A DNA stretch of 64,000 bases from the NCBI RefSeq assembly GCF_006345805.1, contig NC_042999.1, forward strand, positions 28,954,001-29,018,000. The letters are read 5' to 3'. This DNA comes from Octopus sinensis. Lineage: Eukaryota. Below, in pieces: positions 1 to 13,315 of the stretch; positions within the stretch are counted from its first letter, which is position 1; every line of letters begins with the position of its first letter. The notes below the pieces were generated by a model that worked only from the letters and a program-made list of their open reading frames with translations, did no database searches and was not told where the DNA came from. A program made the translations under genes and the position numbers.

Positions 1-619
1 CCTTCTTCAATAGTATAAACTTTCCTTCCTATAATATAATAAATACGAACAAAAAAGCAGCTGTATAAACGGTAGGAAATGAAAATATCGGATGATAAAA
101 AAATAAGAAAAATAAAAATAGAATCACAATTAAAAAATACAACAAAAATGAAGCATAACAAAGTGAGAGAAAAAAGAGAAAAGGAAAGCAAGAGCAACAA
201 ATTAATCTAGAGATTCAAAGGAAAGCGCAAAACGTTTAGATTCAATTTATTTAATCACTCGTTGATTAGAATAATTAATATCGATTATTCTGCGTTTCAC
301 AATCACTAAGTAATTGAATGACAACTTAAATATTCTGCCGGGCAAAATAATGATGTTGTGCAAAACCATAATAATTGATATTTTTCACTTTGGCTGATTC
401 GTCTTCATTAATGTCATAAGAGAAGATTATATTACTTCGAGATGGGTGGTGTGTGCATTTCCGCGTAAGTATATGTGTGCGCTCGTGCTCGTGTGTCTAT
501 GCGCGCGCTTCTGATTGCTTTCTGTGGTGTGTATGTGTGCTATAGCTGCAAGCCATCTTAGTGTTATGGGTAATTTACTTTTGGGATTAGAACGATCGGA
601 AATGCTTTTAGATACTCAC

Positions 620-631
620 TTGAGATTCATC
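620..631 (-). other. Candidate 12-nt microexon (GATGAATCTCAA; DESQ in phase 0)
   Basis: Minus strand reads atttttctgcag|GATGAATCTCAA|gtgagtat: pyrimidine acceptor and consensus donor, length divisible by 3, in non-repetitive DNA. No transcript evidence. Confidence 0.35.
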
Positions 632-1094
632 CTGCAGAAAAATATGATCATACATTCACATACACAAACTCAAGAAAACACCATACACGTAATCACATCA
701 TACACACAACATGCTATACGCACAAAGATACGCACACACGCACAGGTATATATACAGAACCAAATCACATCCGAAATATACGCAGCATTCATTAATCGTA
801 CGTCAGTTTTGCTTCAGCTGAGATCAATATGGAAAACGAGGCTGCCAGGCATTGCCGCCATGTCATATTCGTATATATTTCAGGCAACACAGTGACCAAA
901 GTGCTAAACACGACTGTTGCTTTATTCATAAGTATTTTTTGTTAGTATTTCTCTCAAATGTAAGTAAGACACGGTGGTTTCCTGTGTGAGGCAACATGTT
1001 CAATTGCGTCATATCTCAACTAATAGAATTAACCATGCGATTCGGTGCCGTTCAATGGAAGCAGTCTAATGACTTATCTCAGGAAAATTATGGC

Positions 1095-1127
1095 AATATA
1101 TATACATAGATACATACGTACTTACAT

Positions 1128-1225
<98 letters not shown>

Positions 1226-1460
1226 TATATACATACATATATATATATATATATATATGTATATGTGTGTGCATACATACGTACGAACTTACATATATAT
1301 TTATATATACATACATACATATATATACACACACAAATATATATGCATATACACATATATGCATACATATATTTACACATGCACGTGTACTTGTGCGTAT
1401 GTATATGTATGTGTGCTTGTATGGAAATATCTGTGTATGTTATATAGACAGGTGTATGTC
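1095..1460. repeat. Compound (TA)n/(CA)n/(TG)n microsatellite
   Basis: Directly visible; explains the YIYI ORFs. Confidence 0.95.
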
Positions 1461-1752
1461 TATTCTCATTTGCGCGTGTTTGTCAGGTATTGAAATATTA
1501 TTTTCTAGTTCCAACAATTTATTCTGACATTAAAAAACCCCCAAAAAACAGGACTAATTGCCAAAAAAAAAAAAAAAACATCGGTGGCATTCGTTTATTT
1601 TATGCCGTTAATGTCACACTTGAGAATACAATAATACACACAAAGTCGATGCAAGTTTATAGCGGAGACATAGTAACACAGACAAGCAGAAACACCAGAC
1701 AGTAATAAAAGCACAAAAGCACATAGACAGATGCAAAGTAATTCATATATAG

Positions 1753-1884
<132 letters not shown>

Positions 1885-1919
1885 GTATATATATACATAT
1901 ATACATATATATATATATA

Positions 1920-1969
1920 CAGTATGTGGCAAAGTAATTTATTTTACTAAGCCCTAATTATATAATGTA
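1920..1969 (+). mobile_element. 50-bp 3' tip of HHR repeat family B inside a (TA)n tract
   Basis: Matches 11467-11516 (cagtatgtggcaaagtaatttattttactaagccctaattatataatgta); (TA)n on both sides. Confidence 0.75.
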
Positions 1970-1981
1970 ATATTTTACATA

Positions 1982-2036
<55 letters not shown>

Positions 2037-2555
2037 CGGACACCCTCAAATATATACATACACACTCATAATAATATGCACAGACACATACTTTTACATA
2101 GACAAATACAGGTATGTTGAATACCACAGAAGAAAAGTATTTGATTTATTAGCATTATCTCTGCCTTTTCAGGATATATCGCAATTAAGAAGTGGCAATT
2201 GGGATAACATTCACTTGAGAAGGGGAGACAATCTAAAGTTTCAAGAAATCTTTAACAATTCTGTCGACAATAAGACGATTTCCCCTATGATGACATGTCA
2301 GTTGCAGAAAATTATTGAATCTAGAGATCACCTCCTCTTCCCAAATGGAACTGGCCATTTTCGTAATTATGCTACATCCTTTACAGATGAGATACAAATA
2401 ATAAAAACACGCATTTTTGTTGCGTGGTATTTAACATACTTATACATTGAATCGCACACACAAAAAAAAAAAAACACGCGAGACGTGTGTGACTGAAATA
2501 TCTTTTAATTTCATTATGTCAGAGATAACTTTTGATAGCCCTGATTCACTTTGAC

Positions 2556-3160
2556 TACAGTCTAGGGGTCGTTTTCATTTGTTCTGGTAGTGGGTGGATC
2601 AAGCACATCGTGATTCTTGGGGTCGACATGTTCAATACCCTATATACCATCCTTGGGTCAACAAAACGGCCATACATCATCGGTTCATGAAGAGCATAAA
2701 GCGGCTCACAACAGCCATTGATACCTGTGCCCACACCCTGACGAAAGCTGCTTCCAGTTTCACATGATTTTTCGGCTTTGGAACCACCTGGTTCAGCCGT
2801 CTCTGGATTTTATCCCACTGGGTTCAAATCCGGGCTGAGAGCCGTCCACGGCATAGTACTGATGTTGTGCTGACGCAGGATGTCCATGGTGACCCTCGCC
2901 GTATGGGAGGGAGCATTGTCCTGCTGGAACATCTGGCTAAGATGACGCGGGAGAAGGGCACGATGTGAGGTCTTAGGATTTGTTCAACCTAGTGCTGCGC
3001 TGTGATAACCTTCTCTCCACACGCACAAGCTTTTTGCAACACATGGCGCCTAAATCTCTGATTCAGGTCTATAGAACCCTAAACCATGATGCTTTGGCCA
3101 CTCCACGCGTATCTCTCCATGACACATGCCTCTCTGTACAGTTCAACCCCTCCTAAGTCA
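2556..3160 (-). mobile_element. Tc1-family DNA transposon remnant (transposase DDE C-terminal half)
   Basis: Minus translation gives SGQSIMV*G...FQQDNAPSHTARVTMDILRQHNISTMPWTALSPDLNP..WDKIQRRL, the Tc1 QDNAP/SPDLNP motifs; stops and frameshifts present. Confidence 0.9.
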
Positions 3161-3296
3161 CACTTGTATCTACATGTTTCTTAAAATAAGGGACAGAATA
3201 TGTAGATATGCAGTATTCTGTTTCTTGATGAATAAGCTCCATACGAAACTTGAATGTCTTTACTCTGAAAATTTGGTAATTTGCCATTAGGTTGAT

Positions 3297-4200
3297 TTAA
3301 CACTAGTAGGACCGGGTGCATCAACTGACGCATTTTGAAAACCTAATTGCACACACTTCAAAAACTATTGTAGATTTTGACATCGTGGAGCTTGACTTTT
3401 CATAGATTTATATCTATATACACTATAAATTATTGGCTGTATACCCCATCTATAAATAAATAAACTCCATACAACTTATAAGGGCCACGTGCATCAGTTG
3501 ACGCATTAGCAACTTTTGAAACATGTACCTGATTTTGCTTATAAATACATGTGACAGCGTTTTAGATATATAGTAATTGTATAACAATTACGTGTCGCAA
3601 AATAAAACTGAAGTTCAGTTGCAACAATTCCTCAGAACGGAATGAAATTACTAAAAGCAGTAAAACAGGTTAAACCATGAAACTTGTAGTCAGTGCATGG
3701 AACTGTGGTTTTGAAATCCACAGAGAAGCCTACTCTCACAGATTGTACCAGTGCAAAAAATCAAATTTTGTAGTTGTTTTCAGATCAACATATAGAAGTT
3801 CTTTTTGAAAGAAGCCTAACACCATATTTTTTTTATAACAAATCAATGTAGGCGTAAACGTGCTTGACCAAACGGCAAGGCTTAATTCAGTCAAAGCAGG
3901 CAGTAGACGATGGGGGCCAATGCGCGTTTTTTTATACAATTTTGGAAGTTGCTTTTATAAACAGTTGGTTTGTAACTTAGTCATTATTCAACGGTAATAA
4001 ATTCAAAACGTTTCTGAAGAACTTTGTAGCAATTTATCTCACGGCTGTTCACATGCTATCAAACACCCTATTAAGGAAACTTCTATTTACAGAAATAGAA
4101 TCTGACGTACATAAATGAAAACAACATGCTTAGACAGAACCATAGAAATGTATGAAGCGTGTAAACATGTGCGCTAAAACGTTGCAATGAGTGTGTAGAA
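3297..4200 (+). mobile_element. piggyBac-like transposon remnant
   Basis: TTAA followed by CACTAG terminus at 3297-3306; repeated subterminal motif gtgcatca(ac/gt)tgacgcatt; frameshifted YNKxNVGVNVLDQTARLNSVKAGSRRWGPMRVF at about 3835-3935, typical of PGBD transposases. Confidence 0.75.
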
Positions 4201-4825
4201 TTTCCATAAATTTCTATTTATTTAGTAAGGATAAATTTCTTTCAAAATATCAAACTATTGCGACAATATCATCGTGAAATCATAAAATCCAAGATATTCA
4301 TACATTATATTTTGCAATGCTTACAGAGTTTATTGGAAGCAGATGTTAAATATTCCGCACACCAGATAACTGGGCCGAAAGATCTCCAATTCATAGATAC
4401 TTCTGATCAACCAAGCTACAGACCAAATCGAATATCGTAGATTCGGAGTTCACGGAATGAATGATAGCTGTCATAATGTGTTTAATGCATAATAATTTAC
4501 CTACAAGAAGTATCATGTTTTCTCACTGCTTTATTGCATAAACATTGCAATCGGTACTAAAGTTTGATAACATTGACATGGGTTTGTGATACATTAACTA
4601 AATCAGAATCGCTATGGGTATCAATTTCACTAAGTAGATCAGAAGTCGTGCTGCAAGTGAACGTACCCAGGTGGTTGCAGTAAAGAAAAGAAAACTATAT
4701 TTTATATATGTTTCAACAATTTCTATGTATCACAACTTTGGAAACAATAGAAATGGATTTCACAACGAAGTGAACAGTTCTCTACAGTGTAGCTGCATTT
4801 CCGCCTATCCATATTGCATTCAAGT

Positions 4826-4826
4826 T

Positions 4827-4857
<31 letters not shown>

Positions 4858-4861
4858 ATAC

Positions 4862-4919
<58 letters not shown>

Positions 4920-4945
4920 TATATATACATATATATATATATTAC

Positions 4946-4982
<37 letters not shown>

Positions 4983-5045
4983 ATATGTATAAATATGTGT
5001 GTTCGTATACATATTAATATATGCGTGTGTATGCGTGTGTGTGTC
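4826..5045. repeat. (TA)n/(TG)n microsatellite
   Basis: Directly visible. Confidence 0.95.
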
Positions 5046-5440
5046 CCCTTCGTACATTTTAGCATTGTAGGTAATTGCATTGAGCGTTCTAAGTGCAATT
5101 GGATGCTTAATCGCAAGGGATCGTCAGGGTCTACTACTTTGCATTACGCTACAGACAACTAATGATATTTGTTTTTTGTAACGTATTGCAATAATGTGTT
5201 CTCCGATGACCCATTTAAAGTTACACTTCAAATTTATCTTGGAAGGTACAGATTTTTAAACGATGACAACGACTGAACATATGTAAGAACAAGGTTTATA
5301 AACTAGTGTTTATTCTGTTACATCCTACATTATATGCGTATATCGTAAGTTGTAATAGTATTAAGCAGACTAACGATCAATCACTCTAGTACAAATAGTC
5401 TAGATGATAATGATCTACCGGGAACTCTAAATTCTGTAGC

Positions 5441-5627
5441 ATTCGTTCAGCCATTTGAGCACCGCCTTTAAACGAGCAACTCGATCCCGGACTTAATCTT
5501 TTGTAAGCCCAGTACTTATTCTATCGCTCTCTTTTGCCGAACCGCTAAGTAAAGGGGACATAAACACACCAACATCTTTTGTCAAGCGATGTTGTGGGGG
5601 ACAAACACAGACACACAAACACACACA

Positions 5628-5711
<84 letters not shown>

Positions 5712-5804
5712 GACGGGCTTCTTTCAGTCTCCGTCTTCCAAATCCACTCACAAGTCTTTGGTCGCCCCGAGGATATAGTAGAAAACGCTTGCCCAAGGTG
5801 CCAC
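5441..5804 (-). mobile_element. Octopus-type tRNA-derived SINE with internal (TA)n/(TG)n tract, 5' head truncated
   Basis: Minus strand gtggcaccttgggcaag...gaaagaagcccgtcg(TA)n...cttagcggttcggcaaaagag...ggcggtgctc. Body shared with 47638-47790; link to the head at 63929 is recalled consensus. Confidence 0.8.
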
Positions 5805-7476
5805 TCCATTATTTTACCTGCCGGGTTATGGGCATAAACAATATGTATAATCGTATATATAGATAAAACAACACGAATCATGCAACATCACATTTGACAC
5901 AGTACAGCAAAGGAAATGGAAGTAAAATGAAGTGTTGCACAATATATAAATGTTCTACAATGTGTTTTTTTTTATTAATACGATTTCAACAAACTTACAA
6001 ATTTAAACTATCAAACAAAAGTTGTTTATATTTTTTAGAAATTTCCTTGTTCATTTCGATATTATTCCGCATTCTTTAAGACACGTGATTATAAAGATAT
6101 CTTGTGCTACTCTTATATTATCTCCTTTCAGGTTTTGAAGAATGAAACAATGCATTTTCAAATCAATTCAAAACTAGAATGATAGAACATGAAATTTCCG
6201 CCAAACAGTTTGAAATATGTATTTCATTGTTTATAAATTCTGTAGTAAGTAATAAAATATTAGCCGGAGGTTGGAAAATGCGGTGTTCTTACTAATGATG
6301 ATATAGTATATATCGTTTTACGCATAGTAGATATTACATAATTTTAGAATTTTAAAAATAACATAGGTAATTTGAAACTGATATTTGTTTCAGATTTTCA
6401 GCAGAAATAAAAATATTTGAAGCAGTTTAACTTTGATCATTCGATGCTGTTTTAAATCTAAGTGTATCTAGGTCGTGATAAATTCATATGCATTCTTTCA
6501 TTTAACATTGGTTGTTGCTGAGTGTAAGATTTTGTCTCTTAATTCCAAAAGTTCTTAAAGACCAGCTAAGCTCTCTGATTTTAGTTCGTACCTTATCAGT
6601 TTGTTTGTGATGGGCGGCATCTCAATTTTCTTTTACAAAGCCAACATACAAAATGCATCTCATCTTTGCAATGAATTTGTATGTACGAATTCCTAAGTAA
6701 ACGAAGTATAACATGTCTAGTACAGGTAAAACTGTAACTCTTTGAATAAAGTATTGCTTTCGATATCGATAATATCTCATGTAATTGAACAATTATCTTC
6801 CTTCATACATTATATATTCCAGTGAAATATACATTAATGAAATGTGACGTTTAAAATAAGTAGTAATTATTGCGAATATATCATCTCAAGAATATTTCTT
6901 CGTCTAAAATGAATATGTTAGGTTGTTAGTATTATGACAGTAGATGAGAATGAACAAATGCAGTCTTAATTACCACGAACGATGTATTTTAAATCAAATT
7001 GATCGACTAAGTTTTGAAAGACTTGTGTTATGTATTTGCAAGGAACATTACATGATATGGTGCTCAGCAGGCAAATAATGAGTTTATTAGTTTCATCTTT
7101 TCAATCTTGCTTCGTTGATTTATATAAAGTCACGCAATTCAATATCAAAGTTACATTGCATATGTGTATATTCAAATACAGTAGTCATAATTACATCAGC
7201 AGAAAGTAAATTCAGTAATTTTTTTATGTGGAAAAAAATATAAATATATACATTCATCTTAATTATATTGTTTGGTTTATTTCTTCTGATTTAATATATA
7301 TTTACCTTCTAAATGCACGAAGAAAATATGGAAAAACAAAAACAATCGGCACTGTGAATCTCAATAATTAGAGTCAAGCAGAATTAAAGTCTAAATTCAC
7401 CTGAATAGAATTGAAATTCGAAACGTAAATTTTAGAGGGCAAGCATTTTCCGTGGTCCTCTAAATGTTCTGCTTAC

Positions 7477-7493
7477 TCCTGCAACACTGTATG
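7477..7493 (-). other. Candidate 17-nt microexon (CATACAGTGTTGCAGGA)
   Basis: Minus strand ggtgcattatttccatcttccag|CATACAGTGTTGCAGGA|gtaagcag: strong pyrimidine tract, upstream TGC, GTAAGC donor. Confidence 0.3.
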
Positions 7494-8714
7494 CTGGAAG
7501 ATGGAAATAATGCACCGCTATATGTAAACAGGCATAATAAAGGCATCGCAGTCTTTATTTTACTTACATTACCTTGTGTCTAATCTTCAATCACGTCATT
7601 TTAGTTGTATTCATTAAAAGAGCAGTATCACTCTACAGTAATATACTCATGTTTATTCCCAACTGATCCAGGGCTTTTGTTGTCTATCATCAAAGAATGA
7701 GAAAACAAAATTGGCATGAAATTTGATTCTGAATGCAAAATACTTACTATTGTAAAACGTTTATTTTTACATTCTGCCTATTTTATCAGCCCACTACGAT
7801 GTTCAAATACAAATTTATTTTTATTAAAGGAAATGTGTTTAATTTAATGACATTGTTACATGTTTGACTTGAAACCTTCTCATTTGTTCAGTATTTAGAT
7901 TCCGATAATATGAGGAATTTATAGTTGTTATTAATTAATTTTAATCAGATTTCATGCAATTTCAACAGATTTGCTATTGTGCTAATTTTACCCATGAACT
8001 CATATAAATGATTATCTTATAACCGGGTAATTCGCATTTCAGATCAAATATTAATAATTTACGATCTTTAATATCAACAGATTGTTTGCGGAACGCTAAA
8101 TAATATAGTAATAATTTTAACAGAGTTTTCTATAAATGTTGCTGGTTATTTAGAAATAGCATTTGCTTTAATTGATCAGTAAAAATTAATGAGGAAACTA
8201 CCAAAGTCATTTTAAAAGTGTTTTGTGCACTATCTAGCACAAAAGTCTAAAGTGATTGTAATGCAATTTAATGTATTTCATTCATTTTTGTATCAGAAAT
8301 ATAACTAAACATATTATTACCCTGTTTCTATATGCCATTAGAACTATTTATCGACATAGAATGATGTTTTAGTTACCCAGTGTGGGAAGAGCACACAAAC
8401 ACCCCCTCCCACACACACACACGCAGGAGGATTTGTTTCAACGTTTGTAAATGTATCTGAATGTAAAAAAGTGTAGTCGTTTTCAAATAGTTTTATATAC
8501 ATACTAAATTAGTATTGACAATTTTTGCTTATCAATGGTGCACACACACACATACACCCACACACACACACATATATATATATAAGCAAAATAAGCAACA
8601 AGTATATCATGTGGAGATATATTTGATTATAATCATCCCATTTATGATTTATATGGATAATACCATACAAAATTCTGGTGCCTTTGACTTAAGTACCATA
8701 TACATTTGAATCTA

Positions 8715-8720
8715 TCTATA

Positions 8721-8791
<71 letters not shown>

Positions 8792-8837
8792 ATATATATA
8801 TATATATTATATGTATGCATGTATCTAATCTACCTAC

Positions 8838-8904
<67 letters not shown>

Positions 8905-8915
8905 TACATATATAA
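8715..8915. repeat. (TCTA)n/(TC)n/(TA)n compound microsatellite
   Basis: Directly visible. Confidence 0.95.
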
Positions 8916-9272
8916 AGGTGTTAGGAGATTTTAACGTCACAAGATAAAAATTCAACAAACCTGTTTAAACCATCAAATGTTCAAATATATTGAAATGAGT
9001 TTTACAGGTAGAGATAATAATCTTAATGTAAATTTTTTGTGAGGATCATAAAAAATGTATATTATTGAAAGTTAAGTCATATTGAATTTTAATTAAATAA
9101 AGTGCCGAAGAAGAGGAAAAGAGGGAGAGAAAGAGACAACATTGGTTTTCTTACATTTAGTGTGGTGGTGCCACAATTTTTTCCATTAAAATACAGTTCA
9201 CTGGGTTTTTCACCTTCACGGCTTGATGGAGTTGGAATGTTTTAGTACATACAAACATGCATACATACACAC

Positions 9273-9333
<61 letters not shown>

Positions 9334-9439
9334 TGATCCAATTGTTCCATACCGGAAGCTAGCAAGTATACGGGCCCCGCTTGTTCAATCAAATGGTTAT
9401 GAATAAATCTCAATATTATTCTAGCCATCGTCTCTTTTT

Positions 9440-10075
9440 GACAAAATCCAGTGGCTAGTCTTTTCCGCTGTAGTTTGGATATCGGTCATGGTGGTATTTA
9501 CGATGAGTTAGACCTGACGATAACAACAGTCGTATAAAACTGTGTCCAACAAAATTTCTACATTCGACGTCACTTGGAAAAAAATTCCACTTTCCAGCGT
9601 GTCACTTCACATTCCTCGAGGAAGTTTGCATAACGGTCAGTCTTTCGAGCCCGAGCGGCGTCCATGTCATCTTCATGAGGAACCGTTAACTCGACTAGAT
9701 TTACAACTTACTTTCACACCTCATTGAAATGTCCGATTCATTCGTAACTGGGATGGAGTCCCTGGCATCCTGGTAAATCTGCAGTCACCTCCCAATAGCT
9801 GCTCTGCTTTTCATCACTCACAGGAAGTCCGTTGTTCTCCTTTTCGAAATGGATCCGCAGTTCTGAGAGCAAGAATGTAATGAAATCTCTAGCTGGTTCT
9901 TTAAACGGTATTTTTCACTGTTGTTGAGATAAATTTGGTTCTTTATAGTACTGAAGATAATCGTTGTAAAACTTCTAATGACACCAGTTTCTCCCGGCCA
10001 AAGTTCCATTAACTTCGGCTAGTAGAAACGAAGTACCTCTTCAATATATTATCAGTAAAGCAACGCTCTCAGACC
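9440..10075 (-). mobile_element. Decayed RLE-type non-LTR retrotransposon C-terminus (HERO/NeSL-like)
   Basis: Minus translation: LAGRNWCH*K(V)LQRLSSVL...WEVTADLPG...VNLVELTVPHEDDMDAARARKTDRYANFLEECEVTRWKVEFF, resembling WRHxxVL and ELTVPWE motifs of restriction-like endonuclease domains. Confidence 0.65.
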
Positions 10076-10147
10076 CACGGACATACATACATATATACAA
10101 GCGTACACACACAAATATATCTAAATATATTTATACAAGTATATATA

Positions 10148-10605
10148 TATTAATAATAAATATTGGGGAATAAATCCAAACTTACAGGGAAAAATCAGAT
10201 TTAGGATTGAATCCAATTTTATAGTAAAATATTATATTATATTAGATTAGAGACAAAACCACTATTAGGCAAATCTAACAATGAAAAACGTAAGCCAATA
10301 CATAAGATTATTTAATTTATATTATTTAAATATATAGCAAAATTATTAAAAAATATATATAATTAATATCACACTACGATCGTTTCATGGCTGCTAACTT
10401 CTTCAAATTTTCAAGTCACAGTCATTCATCAGGTGGTTTAAATATTTATCTTGGCGAGGTTTAACCCACCTGATGAATGACTGTGATATTAATTATATTT
10501 TTTTAATAATTTTGTTATATATTTAAATAATATAAATTAAATAATCTTATGTATTGGCTTAAGTTTTTCATCGTTTGATTTGCCTAAGAGTGGTTTTGTC
10601 TCTAA

Positions 10606-10606
<1 letters not shown>
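10148..10606. mobile_element. Fold-back PLE-type repeat (family A) between TA tracts
   Basis: 10246-10436 is inverted at 10466-10606; homologous to 42211-42605; contains an HHR motif. Confidence 0.8.
10370..10436 (-). ncRNA. Minimal type-I hammerhead ribozyme motif
   Basis: cac CTGATGA atgactg-tgactt...aagtta-g-cagccat GAAAC GATC GTA gtg: intact core, long stem II with one mismatch, palindromic stem III ACGATCGT, GUA site. Confidence 0.75.
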
Positions 10607-10643
<37 letters not shown>

Positions 10644-10647
<4 letters not shown>

Positions 10648-11516
10648 ACAATTGAGGGTAAAATTAATTAGTTATTAATCAATTTCACCAAGTATGTAAA
10701 AGGACCATTTAAGGCGAATTCAAAATATCACCTTATATAATTAGGGCTTAGTAAAATAAATTACTTTGCCACATACTGAACTTTGTAGAAATAGCAGCCA
10801 AAAAAGTTTTTTAGCCATTTCTACTACTTAAAGAAAATTTCTCTCAGATAATGTTTACTCAAAATAACTCACGAAGGTATGGAGGTAAAAACAGAAAAAT
10901 ATCACAAGTACAAAGATCATTTGAGAACGTTACCGTTTGTAGATTAGCCAAATAAACTCAGCATTTCTTGGTGAAATTGGTGAAATTGATTAATAACTTG
11001 GTGAAATTAATTAATAACTAATTAATTTTACCCTCAATTGTTGATATTATAATTCATTTCTCTCTGTCATATTGCCTCGGTTCACACCGTTAAAATATAG
11101 TGTTTGCTAGATAACCCACGTGGGTGGAAGGGGATAGCAGGAATCTTCGCTTGCACATTTTGAATTTGTTAGCACTGGCAGACTGAACGGGTTCATCTGA
11201 GGTGATGAGTCGCCGAAGGGTATGTTCTTTCTTTTAGTGTTTCCAAATCCAAATTAAGAAATGTTGAGCTGACGAAAGAAATGCTGAGTTTATTTGGCTA
11301 ATCTAGACACGTTAACGTTCTCAAATGATCTTTGTACTTGTGATATTTTTCTGTTTTTACCTCCATACCTTCGTGAGTTATTTTGAGTAAACATTATCTG
11401 AGAGAAATTTTCTTTAAGTAGTAGAAATGGCTAAAAAACTTTTTTGGCTGCTATTTCTACAAAGTTCAGTATGTGGCAAAGTAATTTATTTTACTAAGCC
11501 CTAATTATATAATGTA
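10644..11516. mobile_element. Nested double-inversion PLE-type repeat (family B) between TA tracts
   Basis: Inverted arms of about 237 bp at 10733-10969 and 11276-11512, plus about 49-bp inverted arms at 10644-10692 and 10997-11045. Confidence 0.8.
11264..11324 (+). ncRNA. Degenerate hammerhead ribozyme motif (family B)
   Basis: ttgag CTGACGA a...a GACAC GTTAAC GTT ctcaa: 5-bp stem I, palindromic ACGTTAACGT stem III; GAAAC is mutated to GACAC and stem II is eroded. Confidence 0.6.
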
Positions 11517-11547
11517 TATATATATATATTATATATATATATATATA

Positions 11548-11580
<33 letters not shown>

Positions 11581-12059
11581 CTATATATATATATATATGG
11601 ATACACAAGCAGATATTTATAAATATATTTGAGGATATACACAAACATATTTATATGCATGTGTATAAATTTATATATGTATATAAACACATACACACAT
11701 AGCATTTACATGGGAGTGGCTGTAAATCGTTAGATGATTCATTCATGTGTAGCGTTTGACATGTTTCTTAAGTAGCTGTTTCTCCACGAGATAGAGTAAG
11801 TTGATTAATCACAGTTTTTTTTCAAGATTATTAATAATTTCTCTTCCAGAACTCTTGTTGCATATTCCCTAATCCGTCTTCAGTTTATATCATAATGGTT
11901 CAAATTCACTAATTCCTATGATATTTCTTTACCGCAAGAGAAACAAATGTGTGAATACTAAATGTTTTTTTTCTAATTGTTCAACGAGTGTTGCCTAATA
12001 CATCTGCAGAACCTTTTCAAGAAGAACAGATACTGATATGCATTCATTATATCTGATTT

Positions 12060-12148
12060 TCAATATATATATATATTACACAAACACACACACACACATA
12101 CACACAAACACATATATACATATATATGTGTGTATGTGTGAATGTATG

Positions 12149-12181
<33 letters not shown>

Positions 12182-12223
12182 GTATGTATATATATATATA
12201 TATATAATATATATGTATGTATA

Positions 12224-12303
<80 letters not shown>

Positions 12304-12324
12304 CCGTACACAAACACACACATA

Positions 12325-12392
<68 letters not shown>

Positions 12393-12420
12393 GTATACAC
12401 GCGCACACACACACATATAT
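12060..12420. repeat. Compound (TA)n/(CA)n microsatellite
   Basis: Directly visible. Confidence 0.95.
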
Positions 12421-13272
12421 GGAGTTTTGTACATCTAATGTTTTGCAGCGTTGTCAATAATGTTTACTACTTATAATTTTGATCGATGGCGTTGCTTTTT
12501 AATGTCCGTTATGCTTTTGAACAATCTTTATTTGGATGCGATTTCTACTTTATAATGAAATTTTTTTTCGATCTGTCTAAAAGCCACACGGACTGAAAAT
12601 GACGGTATTGAGAACTAAAGCAATTTCCGTATTGATAAAATACCAAACAAGATAAGGTAGGATAGCATAATATATCGTACACAATATAATGTATGTCACC
12701 AATTACACGAAACAAATTGATTACATAGACACAACGAGGTGTCTTCGAAGTGCTTGTACCTTTCTATATCAACAAACAGTATAAAAATGTCCATATCTGT
12801 TGAAGGATTTTAAAATGCATAGTTAATAGGTAAGCTAATAATATCAAACAAAGATTTAACATAAATTAATCAGTGATAACGTGTTTAATTATATTTATGA
12901 ATAAGCTACAATTTTCTTTTAATCATTTCTTTCAACTACTATCATTGAAATAGGATTTTTTTTTGTTGGTGTGTCCAATTAACACTATTGAAATGTTGGA
13001 CGATCTCTATTTCGTTTTAGAAGTCTATAAACTGAAGAATTCCATTTATCATGTGTTATATAAAACGTTGTTAATGGCTATGTTTCAATCAATAACTTCC
13101 TCTTTTGCTACAGGCTTGCTGTGCTCTGTGCATATTTCAGCTCAAAGCTGTAAAATATTGTGTGATGCTATGGAGTACACCTGGCCTGTGTGGAGCCAAA
13201 TTAAAAGAGATGTAAAATAAAAGTAAATTAATAACCAAAATTGGAATCTATGAAATTTCGAAATGTACTTAC

Positions 13273-13315
13273 CGTCGAGCAAATGCGTTGCAATACTTTT
13301 ACTTGCTTTAATGTA
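13273..13315 (-). other. Candidate 43-nt exon (YIKASKSIATHLLD or TLKQVKVLQRICST)
   Basis: ttctgtcctattatactgtag|...GCTCGACG|gtaagtac; two frames open. Confidence 0.25.

Noticed and set aside
1045-1527. Many ORFs rich in YI/IY/CV/HT repeats (also near 4.8, 12, 25.7, 40, 44, 47.8 and 57.6 kb)
   Set aside because: Translations of (TA)n/(TG)n/(CA)n microsatellites, which lack stop codons.
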